From positions 1 through 55,581 of IMG/VR virus record IMGVR_UViG_3300045242_000134: a stretch of DNA of 55,581 nt. One strand, written 5' to 3'. Position numbers and translations under genes: made by a program. The notes under the pieces were generated by a model, which worked only from the letters and a program-made list of their open reading frames with translations, was not told where the DNA came from and ran no database searches. The stretch comes from a virus (Duplodnaviria > Caudoviricetes). Within the stretch, counting starts at the first letter, position 1; each line of letters begins with the position of its first letter. Positions 1 through 10,609 of the stretch are shown in pieces.

Positions 1-127
1 ACGCCCACCATCACAGTAACCGTAAACATCGTAGGCACCGATCCGCCGGTAGCTATTCCCGTTCAAGCAGGTTCGATATTAACCTCGCCACCGACAACTG
101 CCGTTAGACAATTTCCAGTTGGCCGGA
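1..127. repeat. Terminal direct repeat (copy 1), probably circular-assembly overlap
   Basis: Identical to 55455-55581; 127 nt matches a common assembler k-mer; lies inside a continuous ORF. Confidence 0.95.
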
Positions 128-1419
128 ATTGGGCTTACGGACGCGGGCGTGTGTGGATGGCGTTGGCCAACGCCAAAGATTACATCGCTGGCGATATTGT
201 TGGTGGACCATCAGGAACCAAGGCACTCAAATTTCGAGATGCGATCCTGAACGTAACGGAAAATGATTTTCTTGCTGGTGGTGGCACTTTCACAATTCCA
301 GGTTCCATTGGTGATATTAAGGCGATGATTTTCACCGCGCAGATGGACACTTCGCTTGGTCAAGGTCCGCTGATGATATTCACTCCAACGCATGTGTTCA
401 GTAATAACGCACCTGTTGACCGCCTCACGTGGCAGACACTCACAAATCCAATCCAGACTGAGGCGGCAATCGGAAATGGTGGCTTGGGGCAGGATTCAAC
501 GTTCCTCGTCAACAGCGATACCACTTACCGCTCAACAGACGGAATTCGTTCGCTCATTTTGGCCGCGCAAGATTTCAACCTGTGGATACGCACGCCTATC
601 AGCCATGAAGTCCAGCGCATTCTTTCCCGTGACAATCAAGCGTTGCTTCCATTTGGAAGTGGAGTGTTCTTCGACAATCGAACGCTGATGACGGTCAGCC
701 CGATTTCAACACCGCAAGGCGTTTACCATCAAGGAGTGATTGCGTTGAACACAGATTTGATTACGACCGTTCGTGAGAAACAGCCACCGGCTTATGACGG
801 TGTGTGGCCGGGTATGAATTTGTTCAGTCAGGTGACGGGTCAATTCTCGGCAGTCGAACGTTGTTATCAATTTGTGTATAACTCCGTTTTACAGACTCTC
901 GAACTTTGGGAGTTGATGCCTGAAAGCGCGGGAGATGTGAATAACCAAAGCGCGGTTCCAATCGTTGGGGATAACGGGACGCAGGCAATCGAGTGGTGGT
1001 TTGAAAGTCCGGTATTATTCCGCGAGACGGACCCTGCCAAAAGGACTTTCAAGCGGTTGGTGAATGGAGAGATTTTCGTCACTGATTTAGTTGGTCAAGT
1101 TGACTTTCAAGTGTTCTGGAAACCCGACTTATATCCGTGCTGGCAACCGTGGATCGCATGGAGTGAGTGCGCCGCCCAAAACACAGGCGCTCCAACCGAC
1201 AACACTAAGCCCCAATTTCGTCCGCGTATGGGATTAGGAACGCCGTCGTCAACACCTTGCGATCCATCAACCAATAGACCGTTGAACGAAGGTTACTTTT
1301 TCCAAATAAAAATCGTCGTCACTGGTCAATGCGTTTTCTTGGGTGGACGATTTGCGGCGGTGATCATTCCTGAGGCTACGTTTGCAGCCCCGGCGTGCAA
1401 TGCAATTTGCGGAGGATGA
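1..1419 (+). CDS. Tail stabilisation/nozzle-like protein, 3' part (gene starts at 54765, about 702 aa across the join)
   Basis: Frame is open from base 1 and continuous with 54765-55454; beta-rich; lies before adaptor and ejection genes. Confidence 0.7.
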   Translation, partial: TPTITVTVNIVGTDPPVAIPVQAGSILTSPPTTAVRQFPVGRNWAYGRGRVWMALANAKDYIAGDIVGGPSGTKALKFRDAILNVTENDFLAGGGTFTIPGSIGDIKAMIFTAQMDTSLGQGPLMIFTPTHVFSNNAPVDRLTWQTLTNPIQTEAAIGNGGLGQDSTFLVNSDTTYRSTDGIRSLILAAQDFNLWIRTPISHEVQRILSRDNQALLPFGSGVFFDNRTLMTVSPISTPQGVYHQGVIALNTDLITTVREKQPPAYDGVWPGMNLFSQVTGQFSAVERCYQFVYNSVLQTLELWELMPESAGDVNNQSAVPIVGDNGTQAIEWWFESPVLFRETDPAKRTFKRLVNGEIFVTDLVGQVDFQVFWKPDLYPCWQPWIAWSECAAQNTGAPTDNTKPQFRPRMGLGTPSSTPCDPSTNRPLNEGYFFQIKIVVTGQCVFLGGRFAAVIIPEATFAAPACNAICGG

Positions 1420-2320
1420 AATGACTACACCAATTTGCCGTCCTTGTGTGGCTCTGCCATGCACAAATCCAGATGATTTATCATCTGGTATAGACGGGGC
1501 TTTTTATAGTGCCTTGGACTTTTCTTTTTTGGTTTCCTGTCCAGAAAATTGTTATTGTCCAAGTGGTCTTTTCCCACAAACAATTTCAATTCTCGCAAGC
1601 ACGATTCCGCCAGTCATTCCACCGATTCTTGAACCGGGCGATCCAATCATCCTGCGACTTCAAGGTTGCACGGCGTTAATCACTCGCACACTGGACGCTG
1701 GTTCGACTCAAGCTCAAATCGCTGCCGCCGCGCAGTCGATGCAAGCGGAGTGGGCGGGACAACAGGCGTTGTGTTTGGCCACACAAGTTCCGGGTGTCAA
1801 TTGCACACCAAGCGATTCCATTGATGTGTGCAATGACCCACAGACTTTCTTTTGCGCCATTCAGGGAGGAACAATCACAGTTCCTGCGGGAACGTTCTGC
1901 CAAACACTTTCAACTGTCGGATTAACTCAAGCTCAAATTGACGCGGCTGTTGCTTTGATAAAAGCCAGTCTCAATGAACTTGCGAAGGAAAAGTTTTGTT
2001 CGTTCCTTCACATCTTTTGTTCTCTCACTTTTACTGACACGCTATTTGGAACGGAGTGGACATTGCGAGTGGATAATTTTAGCGCATTAAATTTCGACTC
2101 CAGCAGCTTTCAGATTTTCGATAATACAACCAATGCGTTTTTGCAAAGCTCTGTTCAACCCTCAATTGCCCCCGGTGTGGTAAACGTCGTGGTACTTGAC
2201 GCACAACCCGGCGTGCCGCCTGCTGGATTTTTTATGACCTACAAAGGTGTGAGGTTTTTTACCTACCCAAACAATCTTGCCGGTCACACCGTGGTGGTGC
2301 GTTTACAAGTTTGCCCATGA
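1419..2320 (+). CDS. Cys-rich virion structural protein (likely start ATG at 1421, MTTPIC...)
   Basis: ORF 1382..2320; many Cys (CRPC, CPENCYC); within the tail module. Confidence 0.55.
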
Positions 2321-2366
2321 CGACTATCCTTGACGTTAACGTTATCGGATAGTAAAGAAGGCTAAG

Positions 2367-3371
2367 ATGCTCACCGTATCAGAGGCAGAAGACAGCCGAA
2401 TCAATAGAATATCCGGCGTCTGCCCCGGCTCACCGGATTGGTTTCAGTTGCTTAACGACGGCACGCGCATGTTAATGCGACGTGGTAATTGGTGGGGAAC
2501 ACTCAAGGTTATGCGTGGTTGCATCTACAACGGATGTGTGACTTGGCCGCGCCCGGTTGGAACTGTTCTCGCCTTCGACCGATGCGGGGCAGCACCTCCC
2601 AAGAATCAATGGTATGACTTCAACGCCGTTCTCCCTGAACACGTCCATCAATTCAACCGCAACGAAGGAGTGTTTGGCTGTGCTCGGGACATTGCTTTGG
2701 TTGACCACGGCACGAGTCCGGTCTTCAACCCAATTCCGTGCGGCCAAAATCGTTATATCCGATTCATGCCCGTTCAGCCAACCGACGTGGGCAAAAGTAT
2801 CACACTCTTTGGGATTGACGGTAACGGTGTGGAAATCATCAGCACACGAAGTGATGGAACAATACAACCGGGGCTTGTCCTTACGCTTGCCATCCCGTTC
2901 GTACAGACGCCGATCTTAATTCGCCGCGTTGACCGAGTTATCAAAGACGAAACGGATGGTCCAATTTACGGCTATCAGGTGAGCATTGATGGAACCATAG
3001 ATAATCTGGCGACATACGCGCCCGGTGAGACGCTGCCTGATTATCGCACCTCACGACTCGTGCGTTCCACCTGTCGCGATTGCGGTTGCTGGCCGTCGCA
3101 GATTGCGGCATTCGTGAAGCTCGCGTTCGTTCCTGCAAAGCGCCCTGATGACCTTATCTTAATCGAGAACCTAGATGCCCTTGCGCTCGCAATGCAAAGT
3201 ATAAAAATGTCTGATTCATTTGATTCACAAGGAGCGGAAGGAATGATGTTAAGGGCGACCCATGAGCTAAATTTAGAGCTAAGGGACCGTCTTCCGATAG
3301 ACGCTACTCCGGTGCGATTTGCCCCATTTGGAACGGCAAGGTTAGAGAGACTCAGTATCGGGATGCAGTGA
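2367..3371 (+). CDS. Head-tail adaptor / tail tubular-like protein
   Basis: 334 aa; helical N- and C-termini; position between nozzle and ejection genes. Confidence 0.55.
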   Translation: MLTVSEAEDSRINRISGVCPGSPDWFQLLNDGTRMLMRRGNWWGTLKVMRGCIYNGCVTWPRPVGTVLAFDRCGAAPPKNQWYDFNAVLPEHVHQFNRNEGVFGCARDIALVDHGTSPVFNPIPCGQNRYIRFMPVQPTDVGKSITLFGIDGNGVEIISTRSDGTIQPGLVLTLAIPFVQTPILIRRVDRVIKDETDGPIYGYQVSIDGTIDNLATYAPGETLPDYRTSRLVRSTCRDCGCWPSQIAAFVKLAFVPAKRPDDLILIENLDALALAMQSIKMSDSFDSQGAEGMMLRATHELNLELRDRLPIDATPVRFAPFGTARLERLSIGMQ

Positions 3372-3878
3372 TTCTTTCCAAGTTTTGTTTTTAACCACCA
3401 TACAAATGTTTTCTTTTGTCACACAAAACTGAACTGCCAATTGACGACTTGAAGCTCCTTCTGATGACAGCCTTCTGATTTCTCTTACCTTGTCCCAAGT
3501 TAATTTTGACAATGGATGATCCTCTCCCGAGGAGAATGGGTGGGTTCTGTTTCTTCCTTTTGAAACTGCATCTTTGATGTTTGTAATTCTGTCACCCAAA
3601 AATAAATGGTCAGGACGAACACATGCCCGATTGTCGCACTTGTGAAGAACCCATTCATCATGCGGAAATTTTCCGTAATGGATCATCCAAGATATTCTGT
3701 GCACGGCTACCGGAATCCGGGGTTTTATCTGCGCTGCGCTCATTATTCCATAACCGCTCGGATTTTTAGTTTTTGTCCATACCCAACAATTCCCAAGATG
3801 GGGCATGTGTTGCGGTATGGGGCCATTCTTATCTACAGCGGCCCAAAATCTTGGTTCAATAGGTAATCGTCCGGGCAT
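3342..3878 (-). CDS. HNH homing endonuclease with C-terminal HTH
   Basis: RFWAAVDK..CWVW..GYG..HRISW..VLHKCDNRACVRPDHL; likely start MPGRLP at 3878. Confidence 0.9.
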   Translation of the reverse strand: MPGRLPIEPRFWAAVDKNGPIPQHMPHLGNCWVWTKTKNPSGYGIMSAAQIKPRIPVAVHRISWMIHYGKFPHDEWVLHKCDNRACVRPDHLFLGDRITNIKDAVSKGRNRTHPFSSGEDHPLSKLTWDKVREIRRLSSEGASSRQLAVQFCVTKENICMVVKNKTWKESLHPDTESL

Positions 3879-3884
3879 AAAAAA

Positions 3885-3955
3885 TCCATCGCCGTGTAGT
3901 TCGGCAAGAGGAGGACTCTCGCCACAGCGATGGAAATTGGCTTGCCGAACTACCA
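3885..3955 (-). promoter_or_regulatory. Structured leader of the HNH gene (interleaved inverted repeats)
   Basis: GTAGTTCGGCAAG/CTTGCCGAACTAC 13-bp inverted repeat interleaved with CCATCGCTGT/ACGGCGATGG, followed by a U-run. Confidence 0.55.
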
Positions 3956-4006
3956 GCAATGTGCTTTCAGTTAAGCAGATGACTTCCTATTCGTCAACTT
4001 CGTAAT

Positions 4007-4786
4007 ATGCCAACCTTCGGAGTATCAACAACAAATCCTCCAAGGACTGGTTTCGGATCTGTTCCACAAAGCATACCGATTCCCCCCAACGTCTTCTCTC
4101 AACTTAGCGGGGCTGTGCCCAATTTCACCGGCAACTTAGCTGGCGCTGGCAGCGTTATTCAAAGCCAACTCGCGGGCGATGTAAGTCCCGGCACAATGAA
4201 CGCGCTCAAGACTGGCGCTGCTGAATTTGGAGTTGCCAGTGGTATGCCGGGAAGCGATTTGGAAGAAAACCAACTGTTCGGAAACATCGCAGGTTTCAGC
4301 GAGGGTCAGCAGCAGAAAGGTCTTCAAAATCTCTTGGCTCAAATCGGAGCACTTGGACCGACACAGACCAATCCAAATCTCGCGGCAGAAATCTCCGCAC
4401 GCAATGCCGATTATGCTGCTGCTCCCGATCCAAAGCTCGCCGCTCAAGAACAATTCAATCAATGGCTCAAGGGCGCGGGTGCCGCAGCAGGGTTGGCAAA
4501 TCCCGCTCGTGGACCATGGTGGGCACCTCAAGGCATCAGCAGCCCGCCAATTGGAGCGACGATTGGGCGTAGCTATGCGGGCGCAGGTGGAAATTTTAAT
4601 CCATTCGGATCACCTGATGCGTTTGGCTACAACTATAGCAATCCCGAAGCAGGAACTACTGGTGTTTACGGCGCAACAAATCCATCAACTTACACGGCTT
4701 CTGGTTCCGCGTTGGCTCCCAATTATTACTCACCATTGGATGAAGAACAGGTGCCAACCGCTCCCGGACCTGACCCCTACGGTTAA
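4007..4786 (+). CDS. Internal virion / DNA ejection protein
   Basis: Gly/Ala/Gln-rich, low complexity; podovirus ejection-gene position. Confidence 0.55.
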   Translation: MPTFGVSTTNPPRTGFGSVPQSIPIPPNVFSQLSGAVPNFTGNLAGAGSVIQSQLAGDVSPGTMNALKTGAAEFGVASGMPGSDLEENQLFGNIAGFSEGQQQKGLQNLLAQIGALGPTQTNPNLAAEISARNADYAAAPDPKLAAQEQFNQWLKGAGAAAGLANPARGPWWAPQGISSPPIGATIGRSYAGAGGNFNPFGSPDAFGYNYSNPEAGTTGVYGATNPSTYTASGSALAPNYYSPLDEEQVPTAPGPDPYG

Positions 4787-5694
4787 TGGCCTTAGACATT
4801 CCAACGCCCTGGGTTCACGGCCCAAATGTAGCCGAAGCGATTTCCTCTGGCGCCGCTGCTGGTGAGGGCGCTGCCCGCATCAATCTTCAACGTGATGAAT
4901 CTTCCGCACGACTGGCTCAAGATGCGATTCAACACAATCAGCAGATACAAGCTGAAAGCGCACGGCTCTCTCAACAGGAACACATAGCGCAGATGGAGAT
5001 GCAGGCGCGAAAGGAAGTATCGCAACAAAATCAATTGCGTGAGCAACAACGATTGGCGATTACCGACGCCTACCATCAGGCCCAAATTGGTGTTGAAAAA
5101 GGACGACTTGAGCAGCAACAGGCAGTTGCGCAGGCCAAGGCGAAAGAGGCAGCAGCAGCATTTCAGCGCGAGCAAAGCTTCGCATCAGATGTAGCGTCGG
5201 GCGTTCCGGTGATGGATGCCTTTCGAAAAAATCCAGTCAGCCCTTCTGTGTTGAGTGCAATTGGTAGAACGCAGTTGAAGGAAGACACGGCAGCAAAACC
5301 CGTTCTACGCGAAGGCAAGTTTCCACTCATTGAATACGATCCCAAAACTGGAACCACCCGACAGGTTTACACACCTCCAACTCCTGCTGGATTAAGCGCA
5401 GCCGACAAGGAGGATTTGAAAGACCTTCGACACGAGCGTGATACCCTTACAAAGAAGATGGGAGATTCTCTTAGTGAACGCATTGCCCCAACACCGCCAG
5501 AAGAACGCAAGGCGAATGAAGACAGACTTAATTTGCTGAACAAGCAGATTGATTCCATCAAGCGTGGATCAAAACCAAATACCGAATCCGACACTTCGAA
5601 GGACAAGATCACTCGCGCTCACGCATTGGGTATCGCTCACCCCGATTGGACCAAAGAACAAATCATTGATGCGGTGAACAAGGAAATGCAGTAA
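4786..5694 (+). CDS. Internal virion / DNA ejection protein (coiled-coil)
   Basis: Gln/Ala-rich helical protein coupled to the previous gene. Confidence 0.55.
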   Translation: MALDIPTPWVHGPNVAEAISSGAAAGEGAARINLQRDESSARLAQDAIQHNQQIQAESARLSQQEHIAQMEMQARKEVSQQNQLREQQRLAITDAYHQAQIGVEKGRLEQQQAVAQAKAKEAAAAFQREQSFASDVASGVPVMDAFRKNPVSPSVLSAIGRTQLKEDTAAKPVLREGKFPLIEYDPKTGTTRQVYTPPTPAGLSAADKEDLKDLRHERDTLTKKMGDSLSERIAPTPPEERKANEDRLNLLNKQIDSIKRGSKPNTESDTSKDKITRAHALGIAHPDWTKEQIIDAVNKEMQ

Positions 5695-5706
5695 TGGTGG
5701 TCTGTG

Positions 5707-6150
5707 TCAAAACGGAGACGATTTTCGGTGGCGATTGTTGTGGCAATCATTACACAACCAAACAACATCTAATTTGTGCTCAACTGAATACCCATTATGA
5801 TGGTGAGCTTCTATCTTGGATTTTTTGCCGCAATCAGAGCACTTTTTTGCTCTGATCAAAGCACCGCTCTTTACGGCATTCCTAACGGCGTTTTGGGCAC
5901 GCTTTACTTCCAAATATTTTGGATATTCTGGACTATTCTTTCGTCTGTAATAATAAGCCCTAACCCTCTCCAAATATTTTTGTTTATTCTTTCGATAATG
6001 CCGCTGCGTGAGTTTGTTGCATCTTTTCGGATCAGACCAATATCTCCTCCTAGAGCTTTCAATGTATCGCTCTTTGTGATCTGCGTAATATTCCCTATAT
6101 TTTCGCTTATAATAAGCTTTGTATTTTTGGTAGTTCTCCGCACCTGTCAT
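5707..6150 (-). CDS. HNH endonuclease-like protein
   Basis: Basic Tyr-rich N-terminus; CSDCG..EAHHH..YS..LDVVWLCNDCH; low GC; antisense to its neighbours. Confidence 0.8.
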   Translation of the reverse strand: MTGAENYQKYKAYYKRKYREYYADHKERYIESSRRRYWSDPKRCNKLTQRHYRKNKQKYLERVRAYYYRRKNSPEYPKYLEVKRAQNAVRNAVKSGALIRAKKCSDCGKKSKIEAHHHNGYSVEHKLDVVWLCNDCHNNRHRKSSPF

Positions 6151-6182
6151 AGAATTTACAGAATAATCTAAAGGCGATTAAC

Positions 6183-9100
6183 TTGGCAAACAATTTCACA
6201 TTTACAGAAGAAGACTTCGCTCCCAAAAGTAAGTTCGATTTCACTGAGGAAGATTTCCAACCATCTGAAGTGCCTCAATTTTCATCAGACCGTAATTTAG
6301 TTCCACCCACACCGCAGGACACCGCAGAAGCACAAGCTCGAGGAAGTTTCGCCTCTCCAATCAATCAGGCTATGGAGACAGCAGGCCGTGGCGTGGTTGG
6401 CGCTTACAACGCGGCATTCGCTGGTCCACTGACAACACCGCCACTGGAATACGGAAAACCGCTGGTTCACCTCGCGGAACCATTGACACCCGAAGAAGAA
6501 GCCAGCATACCTCCGGTGCTCGCTGGTGGTTATCGCTCTGTATCAAAGGCCGCTGATGCCTTAACCACTCCCGAGATGCTGCTAACCATGCCTTTCTTGG
6601 GATCCAAACCCATTCAGGCAGCGTTTATGGCGCAGATGGGGCTGAACGTGCCTGGACAGGTCGAACGCGCCAAGGAGGTGCTCTCAGACCCCAATGCTTC
6701 GACAATTGAAAAAACTGAATCAGTGGTCGATCCGTTAATCACAGCGGGATTTACTGGATTAGCAGCGCGAGGATTAGCAAGAGAAACACCATCGACAGAA
6801 GTCGCACAACCAAAGGAAACAGATGCCAGCAAAGTCGGAGAAGCAGCGCCGGTTCATGCAGATGTGCGCACACAGCCCATCGAAGGCGAAAGGCAAGTGC
6901 CCACCGAAGAAGGTGGCGCAGGAATTCAGTCACAAGCCGAAGGACAAACGGTACGTGAAGTATCACTAAGTCCTTCTGAAACGCTCGAAAAAGTTATTCG
7001 AGATCCAGACTCAAAGGCCAACAACAAACATTCGACCGAAGCAGGCATGGCGGTGAAATCAGTCAAAGACCTTGACACGCTGCTGGATTTGCGAGACAGG
7101 CTTTTGAAGGAGAGCAAAGACTTGTTCAAACAATCGGCAGAGGAAACCGATCCTGCAAAGAAGATGGAGTTGATGAACAAGGGTGCCTTAATTGGTGTTA
7201 AATCACAACTTCCACGAGAAGCAATTGAAGTAGCGACCAATGTTGGTTCTTGGGCAGAGACTCCTGAAAAGAATTGGACGAACCTCGGTGAGCGTCCGTT
7301 GGAGCACTCAAAAAATCCAGAGGTGGTTGATTGGTTGCATAAGAACAAAAGGATTTTCAGCGAGGGTGTTGAATTGCCAGAGAAGACGAAACCCACCCCG
7401 ACCGAAACAGTTTTGGCCAATTACTCCACCACAGGTCACGGTCTCCCCGCTGGAGTGCCAGATCATGGCCCACAATTCGCCAGTGAATTGATGGAAGCAT
7501 CTCGTCAGCTTGGCGCTCTCGTCCGTAGCCGCGCCACACTTCGTCCGGGTGTCCTTGGCCAATTCGTTCGCACCAAACTCGCGGGTATCAAACAGGCCGA
7601 CAAAATTGAAGTTGGCGACATTCGAAATCAAAATACTGTTGCTCACGAGATTGGTCATAGCCTTGATGGAATTCTGTGGCCGACAGTGAATTTCGGAGAA
7701 AGCCAAGAAAGTTTAGCTGCGAGGTTAAGCCCGACATATTTCCCCACGAGCCAACAAGCGATGCGTTCTCTTGGTAAAGATTTATCCAAAGAACTAACCA
7801 GCGTCAGTGAGTTAATGCGTGGTCCAATGACCGGCAGCAAAGGGCATGTTGCCTATCGTAAACGCGCTACGGAATTGATTGCCGATTACTTCTCGCTCTA
7901 CGCACACGACCGTGATCGTGCTGCGGCGATGGCTCCAAAGTTCACAAAAGGATTTGAGAATGCCTTAGCCAAAGACCAAAACACTGCCGATGTGGTGAAA
8001 GGCGTTGTCAGTGGAAATGTCATTCCCAAACCGCCGCCGCCAGCACTTCCAAAACAGTTGGCAGGCATCACTGGCACACCACCGCAACCCGGCACGGCGA
8101 TGCCTGGACAAGTTCCGGCACCGCCAATCGCTCCGCCTCCTGTCAGAGAACGCGCAGCGGCAGTTGCCGCCGAAGGATTGGTTAAAGATGCTGTCAGAAC
8201 ATTCGCCGCAAAAGTTGAGAAGGCTCGTATCGTTGCTGACAACTGGAGGAAGTTTGTTAAGAGCCAATCGGATCGCAACGACGTGGGCGCTTTCGTTGAG
8301 GGCATCGGCAATCTGGAAAAACCCGGCGACACTATCGACCGCGTTCGCAACCGAATGACTCCAGCCAAGGAGCGACTGGCCAAAGACTACCGTTTTCGTC
8401 AAGAGTTGGAGCGACAGGAGATTAACAAATATCTTAAGGACAGCGAGGAGGGTGAGTATCTCAAATTCCTTGAAGATTATCTCGGTCACTTCTACGTGGA
8501 TAACACAGCAAAGCGTCAGGCGGCAATCTCTCGTTGGGCCAAAGAATCACCACATGCCAAGCAACGTAAGTTGCCCACACTGAAAGAGGCAGTTGACATG
8601 GGGCTCACGCCCATCACTCAAGACCCTGCTGTTACTTACGAATTGAATTCAAGAATCAATTGGCAGGTTGCTACCAACCGTAAGTTTGTTGATAAACTCG
8701 GAGACATTAAAACCGCCGCTGGCGCTGATGCTGTTGTTCCGGCCAAAGACGCTCCAGCAGGTTGGGAAATCACAAACAATCCGCTTATCCAGCGCGTGTA
8801 TGCCCGTCGTGTTCCGAATGGAGTTATGATTTGGAAAGGTGGCGCTGCAATTCATCCTGACATTTGGCGTGCTGCACGTCAGATTTTGGAAGCGCCACAA
8901 TCAGGCGACTTGGGAAAGGCTTATGATGCCATCAACGGATTCACGCGAGCTAATGCGTTTGCATTTTCCTTATTCCACGACCTTACACTTAGAAGTGCTG
9001 CTGTCGGATCGCAGGCAACTCTGGCAAACCCATTGCGTGGATTGGTCCGATTATTTGAGCGTCATCCTATCACTGGAGAACGGCAGATATTTGCCTCCAC

Positions 9101-10496
9101 CCGAGGACTTGGAAAAGAGTTACTTCAAAACGAAGACGCTGTTAGCGACGCCGCCGAACATGGTTTGAAGTTCTCTTACACCGACAGCGAAGCGTATCAA
9201 CACACTGCCCGAACATTCCTTGAGAAGTCTGCCGCTCGTTGGCGTGATGTTCCGGTTCTTGGAAAGGCAACGCGAATTGCACGAGACATTCAACAGTTTC
9301 GACAGGAAGGGTTGTGGAAGAACACTCACGATGCGTTCAAGATTATCACCTACCACGATTTGGTGAATAAGGCGCTGGAGGGAGCGCCACCAGGGACAGA
9401 CGCAAAGGGTGTCAAAGAACAAATCGCATCGTATCTCAACGACGCTTACGGTGGTCAAGAATGGCAGACCAAGTTTTGGTTGGACCCCGGCACCAGAAAA
9501 GTTCTTTCACGATTCTTTCTCGCGCCTGACTGGACGCTATCCACCCTCCGCAGCGTTCCTGGATTATCAGATGTTGCTTCAACCGCCCGCGAACAGGCTC
9601 CACGCATTGCTGGTCGTGAGACTTTTCCAACACCCAAAGAAGGAATTGAAGGCGCTGGTCGTCGTCTTCGATTCTGGGGCACCGAAGTTGCTGCCCTCGC
9701 GCTGGCAACTGCCGCCGCTCAATACGCAATCTACAAATCGTTTGGAGACGACAAGAAGGGTGACAAGCCCATGCCGTGGGATAACGAGTTGAATCAAAAG
9801 ATGCGTGTCGATGTGACGCCGCTGATGAGAAAACTTCCATGGCACGATCCAAAAGATCCAACTCGTCACTACGTCAACCTTGGAAAGCGTCCACAGGAGA
9901 TTCTCAACTGGTTCACTGAACCAGACAAGCAAGTGTTGTCCAAAGCCTCTCGTCCAGTTGCCATGATATTCGAGCAAGTGACGGGAAGCGAGGGCGATTT
10001 CAAAGCACCATGGAAACAAGACCACGAATCGTTTGTTGAGAGTCTCCCATCACGAGCCAAAGCTATCGGCACCGAAGCCCTGCCGTTCACGTTCAGGGGA
10101 AATCAATTCGCGCTGTCTGCACCAGTGCGTAAAGGCATGACCAAATACAAAGCACAACAGGCTTACGAAAGCGTGTTCGAATTGGCGACCAATCCCAATC
10201 GACTGAAATCACTGCTGCGTGGGCAACAACCGTCAGAAGGCACGCTATCTGAAATGACGAGTCAAATCACCGATGCCGCCAAACGAAACGGCGTGCCCGC
10301 CGAAGAAGTGTTGAAGCGTTCGCTGTCGGTTGTTCGCGGTCATCATTACAACGAGTTTTTCAAAGCGTTCGAAAAAGGTGACCGCAAAAAGATGGATGAT
10401 GAGGCGAAGGCGCTCATCACACTTGGCGCAACAGGACGTGGAATTGAAGAATCCGTCAAACGCCGGTTGGAGTTACAGCCGGTGGCACCTGAGTAA
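6183..10496 (+). CDS. Large internal virion/ejection (polyvalent-type) protein with zincin-like motif
   Basis: 1437 aa; VAHEIGH plus downstream ELIADYF; last gene of the tail arm. Confidence 0.7.
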   Translation: MANNFTFTEEDFAPKSKFDFTEEDFQPSEVPQFSSDRNLVPPTPQDTAEAQARGSFASPINQAMETAGRGVVGAYNAAFAGPLTTPPLEYGKPLVHLAEPLTPEEEASIPPVLAGGYRSVSKAADALTTPEMLLTMPFLGSKPIQAAFMAQMGLNVPGQVERAKEVLSDPNASTIEKTESVVDPLITAGFTGLAARGLARETPSTEVAQPKETDASKVGEAAPVHADVRTQPIEGERQVPTEEGGAGIQSQAEGQTVREVSLSPSETLEKVIRDPDSKANNKHSTEAGMAVKSVKDLDTLLDLRDRLLKESKDLFKQSAEETDPAKKMELMNKGALIGVKSQLPREAIEVATNVGSWAETPEKNWTNLGERPLEHSKNPEVVDWLHKNKRIFSEGVELPEKTKPTPTETVLANYSTTGHGLPAGVPDHGPQFASELMEASRQLGALVRSRATLRPGVLGQFVRTKLAGIKQADKIEVGDIRNQNTVAHEIGHSLDGILWPTVNFGESQESLAARLSPTYFPTSQQAMRSLGKDLSKELTSVSELMRGPMTGSKGHVAYRKRATELIADYFSLYAHDRDRAAAMAPKFTKGFENALAKDQNTADVVKGVVSGNVIPKPPPPALPKQLAGITGTPPQPGTAMPGQVPAPPIAPPPVRERAAAVAAEGLVKDAVRTFAAKVEKARIVADNWRKFVKSQSDRNDVGAFVEGIGNLEKPGDTIDRVRNRMTPAKERLAKDYRFRQELERQEINKYLKDSEEGEYLKFLEDYLGHFYVDNTAKRQAAISRWAKESPHAKQRKLPTLKEAVDMGLTPITQDPAVTYELNSRINWQVATNRKFVDKLGDIKTAAGADAVVPAKDAPAGWEITNNPLIQRVYARRVPNGVMIWKGGAAIHPDIWRAARQILEAPQSGDLGKAYDAINGFTRANAFAFSLFHDLTLRSAAVGSQATLANPLRGLVRLFERHPITGERQIFASTRGLGKELLQNEDAVSDAAEHGLKFSYTDSEAYQHTARTFLEKSAARWRDVPVLGKATRIARDIQQFRQEGLWKNTHDAFKIITYHDLVNKALEGAPPGTDAKGVKEQIASYLNDAYGGQEWQTKFWLDPGTRKVLSRFFLAPDWTLSTLRSVPGLSDVASTAREQAPRIAGRETFPTPKEGIEGAGRRLRFWGTEVAALALATAAAQYAIYKSFGDDKKGDKPMPWDNELNQKMRVDVTPLMRKLPWHDPKDPTRHYVNLGKRPQEILNWFTEPDKQVLSKASRPVAMIFEQVTGSEGDFKAPWKQDHESFVESLPSRAKAIGTEALPFTFRGNQFALSAPVRKGMTKYKAQQAYESVFELATNPNRLKSLLRGQQPSEGTLSEMTSQITDAAKRNGVPAEEVLKRSLSVVRGHHYNEFFKAFEKGDRKKMDDEAKALITLGATGRGIEESVKRRLELQPVAPE

Positions 10497-10498
10497 AA

Positions 10499-10520
10499 GC
10501 CGCTCCCACTCAGGAGCGGC
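10499..10520 (+). terminator. Hairpin ending the tail/ejection operon
   Basis: GCCGCTCC-cactca-GGAGCGGC directly after the stop; weak U-tract. Confidence 0.5.
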
Positions 10521-10609
10521 CCTGTTGCTTTCCCTCTATGCACACCGTTCTTCTATGACTAGACGGTTCGAGATTCTCAACAAATCTCACTTTAGTCAAC
10601 AGATTGTTC

